Shown here: positions 55,701 to 64,000 of the stretch, one piece after another
How positions within the stretch are numbered: the first letter of the stretch is position 1
Layout: every line of letters begins with the position of its first letter
Source of the DNA: the human T2T-CHM13v2.0 reference genome, Homo sapiens
Direction: 5' to 3'
DNA: 64,000 bases
NCBI GenBank assembly: GCA_009914755.4
Contig: CP068257.2
Coordinates: 32,800,001-32,864,000 of the forward strand
Translations under genes and position numbers: made by a program
The notes under the pieces: model-generated
What the model saw: only the letters and a program-made list of their open reading frames with translations
Database searches by the model: none
Told to the model about the DNA's origin: nothing

Positions 55701-58500
55701 AATCTCAAGGTAAACTTTAAAATATTTTGAACTAAATGAAAATAAAAATACGTGTTGTCAAAATTTGTGAGATGCAGCAAAAGCAGTGTTTAGAGGAAAA
55801 GTTGTAGCATTAAATGCATATGTTAGAAATGAGGAAAGATCTAAAATTAACAATCAGCTTTCAGCATGGAAAACTGAAGAAGAACAACTTAAGCCTAAAG
55901 CAAATAGAAAAAAAAAGAAATAAGAAAAATTAATTAAAAATAGGAAATAAGTGAAGAAAATCGACAAAGACAAAAGCTGGTTCTTTGAAAACATCAATAA
56001 AATTGACAAACTTCTAGTCAGGCTAAGAACAAAAAACAGGAGACACAAATTACCAACATTAGATATGAAAGAGAGTCATCACTACTGATTACATGAACAA
56101 CAAAATGATCATTTAAAAATACTGAAAACAACATTATGCTCACAATTTTGAAGAACTTTGATGAAATGGACCAATTCTTTGAAAGACCCAAACTACCAAA
56201 ACTCACACAAGGAAAAATAGATCTGAATAGGCCCATATTTATTAGATAAATTGAATCAATAATTAATAGACTTCCAAAAAGAAAGCACCAAGCTAACATG
56301 GTTTCCCTGGTAAATTCTATCTAACACTTTTAAAATAAGTGATATTAATTCTCTGTAGTCTCTTTCAGAAAATAGAAGCAGAGGAAACACTTCCTAATTC
56401 ATTATATGAGGCTAACATTATCCTAATACCAAGAGCAGACATTACAATAAAGGGAAACTACAGACTAATATCTCTCATGAATGTGGATGCAAAAATTCAC
56501 AACAAAATATTAACAAATCAAATACAATAATGTACAAAAAGAATTATACATCACAAATGAGTGAGATTTATTTCAGGTATGGAAGGCTGGTTTAACATTT
56601 GAGAGTCAGTTAATGGAACCCACCGCACCAACAGGCTGAAGAAAAAAATCATATGATTATATCAATTGATGAAGAAAAAGCATGACAAAATCCAAACCCA
56701 TTCATGATGAAAACTCTCAGCAAACTAGGAATTCAACTTCATAAAGCACATCTACAAAAACCTACAGCTAACATCATCCTTGATGGTGAGAAACTGAATG
56801 TTTTCTCCTTAAGATCAGGAATTAGACCAAGATGTCCCTCTCACAACTCCTATTCAACATTATACTGGAAATTCTAGCTTGTGTTAAAAAACAAGAAAAG
56901 GAAATAAAAGACATACAAGTTGGGAAGGAAAAAATAAAACTGTCTTTTTCACAAATGACATGATTGTCTATTTAGAAAATCCCAAGAATTAACTAAAATT
57001 TCTTGGAACTAATAAGTGATTTTATTAGTTTACTAAGACTGCCAATAACAAAATACAACAGACTGGGTGAGTTAAATGACTTAAATTTATTTTCTCATAG
57101 TTTTGGAGGCTAGAAGTTCAAGGTCAGGGTGTCAGCAGGTTTGATTTCTCCTGAGGCCTCTCTCCTCCTCTTGCAGATGGCCACATTTTTGCTGTGTCCT
57201 CACATGGCCTTTTCTCTGTGTATGAAAATCCCTGGTGTCTCTTTCTGTTTGTCTCATCTTCTTAGAGGGACACCAGTCAGATTGAATTAGGGTCCACCCT
57301 AGAGGCCTTATTTTAACTTAATCACTTTTTAAAGTCCACATCTCCAAATGCAGTCACATTCTAGGGTACTGGGGATTAGGGTTTCAACATATGAAATTTG
57401 TGGAGGGACAAATTCAGTCCATAATAGTGATTATATTATAGCAAGGTTGCAGAATACAAGGTTGATACAGGAAAGCCAATAGCTTTCTTATATACTATCA
57501 ATGAACAATTAAAAATACAAATTTAAAAGCACAATATCATTTACAATAGTACCAAAGAAAGAAGGAAAGACATTAATTCTCAGGTAGAAATCTACAAAAA
57601 CATATACAGGATCTATATGCAGAAAACTATAAAACTCTGATGAAAGAAATCAAATCAAATGAAAACAAATGGAGAGATATTTCATGTCCTTGGATTGGAA
57701 GACTCAATGTTATTTAAAAGACAATTCACTGTAACTTGATCTATAGATTCAACATAATCTCCCCAAATTCCAGCAAGCTACTTTGTGCATATCAACAAAC
57801 TGATTCTGAAGTTTATATAAAAAAGCAAAAGACATAAAATAGCCAATACAGTATTGAAGAACAGAGTTGAAGGCTGACACTACTGACTTCAAGACTTAAT
57901 ATAAAGCTCCAGCAAGGAAGACACCACAGTACTGGTGAAAGAATAGACACTTAGGTCAGTGGAACAGAATAGACAGGCCAGAAGAGGACTCTCACAAATA
58001 TACTATAGTCAATTCTCTTTGATAAAGAACCAAAGACAATTCAATGGAGTAAGGGCAGTGTTTTCAACAAATGGTGCATAACAATTGGACAGCCACGTAT
58101 AAGAAAACAAATCTAGACTCAGATCTTACACCTTTCACAAAAACTAACTGAAATAGATCATGGATCTCAATGTAAAATACAATATTTTCAGATTTCCAGA
58201 AAAAAAAAAGCAGAAAATCAATGTAACCTTGAATTTAGTGATGAGTTTTAAAATACAAGCCAAAAAGCATGATTCATGAAAAAAATTTATAAATTATACT
58301 TGATTAAAATTAAAATACTATGTTCTGTGAAAAATACTGTTAAGGGAATCAAAAGACAAGGCACAGATTGGGAGAAAATATTTGCAAACCACCTATGTGA
58401 TACGGTACTTGTATCCAAAATACACAAGAAACTCTTAAAAAAACAAGAAAGCAAGTAATGCAATTTTAAAGTGGGCTAAAGATCTGAAGAGACAGATCAC
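52750..58500 (+). mobile_element. Ancient L1M body (ORF1/ORF2 remnants, AT-rich), plus orientation, carrying later insertions (e.g. the MaLR/MER-class element at 57010-57430)
   Basis: Recognisable degenerate ORF2 peptides in the track: 55338..55607(+) ...TFFSSSYGTLTKIDHILRHKIHLANLEESKSSYVCPQTTME (endonuclease region), and 56339..56530(+) ...[55 protein letters not shown] (RT region). The 57010-57430 insert reads ctaagactgccaataacaaaatacaacagactgggtgagttaaatgacttaaatttattttctcatagttttggaggctagaagttcaaggtcagggtgtcagcagg...gggtactggggattagggtttcaacatatgaaatttgtggagggacaaattcagtccataa. Confidence 0.75.
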
Positions 58501-58549
58501 CAAGGAAGATTCATAGAATGGCAGATAGAAAGATGCCCATCATAATTTA

Positions 58550-58700
58550 CGGCTGGGCACAGCAGCACCAGCTCCTCAGAAGGCTGAGGCAGGAGGGCCC
58601 CTTGAAACCAGGAGTTTGAAGCTATTGTAGGCTATGATGTGCCTGTGAACGGCCACTGCACTCCAGACTGGGCAACATAGTGAGAGCTCATCTTTAAAAT
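58550..58700 (+). mobile_element. Diverged Alu-monomer-like fragment (FAM/FLAM-like)
   Basis: ggctgggcacagcagcaccagctcctcagaaggctgaggcaggagggccccttgaaaccaggagtttgaagctattgtaggctatgatgtgcctgtgaacggccactgcactccagactgggcaacatagtgagagctcatctttaaaataaataaac. Confidence 0.6.
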
Positions 58701-58739
58701 AAATAAACAAATGAATAAATAATTAATTTGTCATTAGAG

Positions 58740-59760
58740 AGTTCCAAGTTAAAACAATAGCAAGATGCCACTACACACCTATGAGAATGGTTAAAATCCA
58801 AAAGCCTGACAATACCAAATGATGACAGAGAGGCAGAGCAACAGGAACTCTTGCTCATCGCTGGTGGGAATGCAGAATGGTGCAGCCACTTTGAAAGACA
58901 GTTTGGCTGCCTCTTACAGAACTAAATATAGTCTTAGTACAGAATCCATCTGCTGTGCTCCTAGATACTTATCCAATTGATTTGAAAACTTATGTTCGCA
59001 TAAAAAAATCTGCATGTAAATGTTTAAAGCAGATTTATTCATAATTGCCAAAAACTGGAAGCAACTAAGATTCTGTTCAACAGCTGAATGAATAAACAAG
59101 TTGTGGTACATCTATATAGTGGAATACGGAATATAATTCTGCAATAAAAAGAAATGAGTATTGAGCTATGAAAAGATGTGGAGGAATCTTAAATGCATAC
59201 TGCTAAGTGAAAGAAGCCAGTATGTTTATAGCAGCATAATTTATATTCCTTTGGGTATATACCCAGTAAACTATGCAACCATAAAAATGATGAGTTCATG
59301 TCCTTTGTAGGGACATGGATGAAGCTGGAAACCATCATTCTCGGCAAACTATCGCAAGGACAGAAAAACAAACACTGCATGTTCTCACTCATAGGTGGGA
59401 ATTGAACAATGAGAACACTTGGACACAGGAAGGGGAACATCACACACCGGGGCCTGTTGTGGGGTGGAGGGGGGGAGGGATAGCATTAGGAGATATACCT
59501 AATGTAAATGACGAGTTAATGGGTGCAGCACACCAACATGGCACATGTATACATATGTAACAAACCTGCACGTTGTGCACATGTACTCTAGAACTTAAAG
59601 TGTAATAAAATACATATATATATATAAAGAAGCCAGTATGCAAAGGCTACATATTATATGATTCCAATTATATAATAGTCTGGAAAATGCAAAACTGTAG
59701 AGACTCGAAAGTGATCAGTGAGTTCCAGGGTTAAGGTGGAGGGTAGAGGGTGAATAGGTG
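58740..59760 (+). mobile_element. L1M 3'-end fragment, host of a nested younger L1 3' fragment (59225-59626) bounded by the 14-bp TSD AAGAAGCCAGTATG
   Basis: TSD copies at 59211-59224 and 59627-59640. The insert ends ...gggtgcagcacaccaacatggcacatgtatacatatgtaacaaacctgcacgttgtgcacatgtactctagaacttaaagtgtaataaaatacatatatatatat. Host: ...tgctaagtgaaagaagccagtatg|caaaggctacatattatatgattccaattatataatagtctgg. Confidence 0.9.
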
Positions 59761-61394
59761 AACTGCAGGTAATTTTTAGGGCAGTAAGATTATTGTAATG
59801 TAAAATTTTAGGGCAGTAGAATTATTTAAATGGTGGATATAAGATATTGCGTTGCATTGCCTATGCAACCAAAGGTGAACCTTAATGAATGCAAATTTTG
59901 AAAAATTATTTAAGAGGTTGGGGGATCCCAAGAGAGAATGCAGACCATGAGAAGAGAATCTAACTGTATTACAAATATAGGAAACACTCTCACTGAAGGG
60001 ATGGGTCGGGGAGGGAAAGAGAAGAATACTGAAGTATTTTGGAAATAAGTGAGGCTTATAAGATTAAAGGCAAAGGGAACTGCATGTGAGCACTGTACTC
60101 TAGTTGAAAAAATTGTTTCCCATAGAGGTACTGGTTAACAATTCTGTTATTGCTATGTATTTATACTGGAATGGAACAATTACATGAATGGATGGCAGAT
60201 GGTAGAAGCCAGGTTTCTCACCACTGGAGTGGCTGTTTATCAAAAAGCAGGAGGAGAAAGAATGATTCATGCAGTGATGGATTTGAGTTGGAGAGAGCAG
60301 TGTGGACTCATATTTAGCTCAATAGAGAGGCTGATGGTTATCTATAGAAGTATTTATAGATATGCATATATACATGATATAGTATAAACATGTGTGTTTC
60401 TTGCTCTGTCCCTGAAACAGCCTGAAAGAAATGACATCCCAGTAACAGCAAACGTGCACAGCACCGTATCTTGGTTTCTAATACTATTCTCCATTTAAAC
60501 GAACCAGGATTCTTTGGAGAAGTGGCTGTTTCTAAGACTGGGACAGGAAATATCCAAGATGAGCCTAGAGCATCTGGTAGTGCCAGAAAGTAAGGAGGTG
60601 CTCAAGAACAAAACAGGACCAAACAAAACATTGATCAGGGTCTGTCAAAGGAGCACAGATGCCAGCTAAAAGAGTTCCCAATGGCCAAAGCTGGAACACT
60701 TTGCGGTAATAAAGTAGTATTGGATTATAACCTACAGTATAAAGTAAATATGCATGGTATAAATACATGGTTAAATATATTAATAAATGAGGAAGCAGAG
60801 ACAAATCTCTCTTACAAAAGAATTCCATATATTTTACACAGGTACTCTGTCTTCAAGAAGAAGGAATCAAACTCCCCATTCCTTCAGTGTGAGCTGTACA
60901 TAATGACTTCCTCCCAAAGTGTACAATATAGAAAAGGGGAGAAAAAGAGTAAATTTACAGTGGAGGACCCTGACAAGCGCCACTCAGGCAGGCGACCAAG
61001 GCTACCTTCCGCACTCATAAATCATGCTGACAGTAGGTACGCTTGATATCACGGGATGAAAATAGCACTTCACCTCTGTGATTTTCTTTCCAATAACTTA
61101 CAACCCCAGTTTTCTAATGAGAAAAATATCAGGCAAATTCCAAAAGTGGGACATTCTACAAAATACCTAAGCAGTCCTCAGAACCCTCAATGCATCTAAA
61201 GAAGGAAAGTCGGAGAAACTGCCACAGACAGCAGGTGCCTAAAGAGACATGACAACTAAATCTAATGTGGGATTCTGGAACAGAAGGAAAAGACATTAAG
61301 TAAAGACTGAAAGAACAAAATTATGAACTTTTGTTAATAACAGGTCATTATTTGTTTCATTGTAACAAATGTAAGATATCGATAATAGGGGAAA

Positions 61395-61650
61395 CTGGAT
61401 GTGAAGTATATTGAAAGAATTGAACAATGAAAACACTTGGACACAGGAAGGGGAACATCACATAACCAGGGCCTGTTGTTGGCGGGGGGGATGGGGGGAG
61501 GGATAGCATTAGGGGATACACCTAATGTAAATGAAGAGTTAATGGATGCAGCACACCAACATGGCACATGTATACATATATAACAAACCTGCACGTTGTG
61601 CACATGTACCCTAGAACTTAAAGTATAATAATAATAAAAAAGAAACTCTC
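61395..61650 (+). mobile_element. L1PA-like 3'-terminal fragment with A-rich tail
   Basis: gaacaatgaaaacacttggacacaggaaggggaacatcacataaccagggcctgttgttggcgggggggatggggggagggatagcattaggggatacacctaatgtaaatgaagagttaatggatgcagcacaccaacatggcacatgtatacatatataacaaacctgcacgttgtgcacatgtaccctagaacttaaagtataataataataaaaaag; the track ORF 61334..61666(-) is the usual antisense 3'UTR ORF. Confidence 0.9.
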
Positions 61651-62159
61651 TGTGCCATCTTCTCAACGTTTCTAAAAATCTGAAACTGCTGTAGAAAATA
61701 AAATCTATTTTAAAAAATTTAAATAAGCAAACTGCTCACTACTACACAAAAAAAGCAAAGATTAGTCTCTTGAGTATAAAATTGAGCAGAAGAAGCCAGA
61801 CACAGCCTGCAAGCTCCAACTCCATTCATAAAGAGTTTGCAAACTGGCAGCGATGGCGCGAGAGCTTAGGAAATTATTTCACTGGGGGAAGTGGAACAGA
61901 CGTTGACTGGATGATGTCACATGAGGGGCTTCTGGGGTACTATTAACATTCGATCTCAAATCCAATTGGTGGTTATATTTTTGTTTCCTTAAATTAATAA
62001 GTATTAATTTATGAAAATTAATTGAAATGACACTCATAATCTGTGCACTTTTCTGTACAATTCAATAAACTTAATGATAAAAACAAGAATGAATCAGAAC
62101 TGTGTATATCAACATGGATCAATCTAAAAAGCAATGTTGATTAAAAAAATTTAAAAATA

Positions 62160-62966
<807 letters not shown>

Positions 62967-63022
62967 CTATGTTCTTATTTATGGGCTTACAAAATTTAGC
63001 CTAAGTATCAAAACACACTTGA

Positions 63023-63390
<368 letters not shown>

Positions 63391-63794
63391 CTTCTACCTA
63401 TACTGTTGCATGTATATATATTTAAAAATCCAAAAAACATATTGCAAAATGTTAAGTTGTGATACAGTTGGGTTCAGCTACAAGGGTAACCATGACATTT
63501 CTCTATAACTGCTTCTAGTTTTGAAATACATATATATGTATACACACACACGAGTGTGTGCTCTATAAGAACATGTAACTAATATTGTATAGTGCAATAA
63601 CAGCCTAGGAGAATTAACAAGCATTTTGCCATCAATACTTATCCTTTGTGTTGCTGAGGATGAATGAACCCATAGATCATTAGTCTTTGAAGCCGTTGGC
63701 TTCTTTTAAAAGTGGTTCTAACTCGAAGACTAATGACCTTTGCATTTCACCAGCCCCACCTTGTTAATCTCATATCTTTCAAGACATGTACACT

Positions 63795-64000
<206 letters not shown>

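Overview
This window is human (primate) genomic DNA, not a prokaryotic or accessory-element region. Roughly half of it is Alu, L1, MaLR/THE1, MIR and simple-repeat sequence, and almost every ORF in the supplied six-frame track is a translation of one of these repeats. The one gene I recognise with certainty is KCNE1 (minK/IsK). Its complete 129-codon CDS lies on the minus strand at 31801-32190, inside a terminal exon bounded by a minus-strand splice acceptor at 32241-32242. I place the polyadenylation site tentatively near 29240. This fixes the locus as chr21q22.12, or its 21p paralogous copy, with the window in reference orientation (KCNE1 is on the minus strand). About 10 kb upstream of the CDS in transcript sense, at 41930-42370, there is a CpG island with Sp1-type GC boxes. 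It ends in a perfect minus-strand GTAAGT donor, so I read it as a KCNE1 (alternative) promoter and first exon. At the left edge, 1750-2162 on the minus strand, an exon starts at a good splice acceptor. It encodes a single-pass membrane protein with three N-glycosylation sequons ahead of the TM helix and a basic juxtamembrane tail. That topology resembles the KCNE family, and the exon lies where a small integral membrane protein gene (SMIM34A-like) sits between KCNE1 and KCNE2. This is the most interesting coding candidate, but it is probably an already-annotated small-protein gene rather than something new. Non-genic items worth noting: a 29-bp x ~27 minisatellite (VNTR) about 0.3 kb beyond the proposed KCNE1 3' end, which gives spurious 250-285-aa ORFs on both strands. 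Next to it is a ~150-bp polypyrimidine (TTCC/TCTT)n tract that could form triplex DNA. There are several nested or young retroelement insertions with intact target-site duplications. There are also local and dispersed low-copy duplications, including one 50-100 bp from the KCNE1 coding-exon acceptor. I found no evidence of any novel biological system; the ORF density is explained by repeats and GC-rich DNA.
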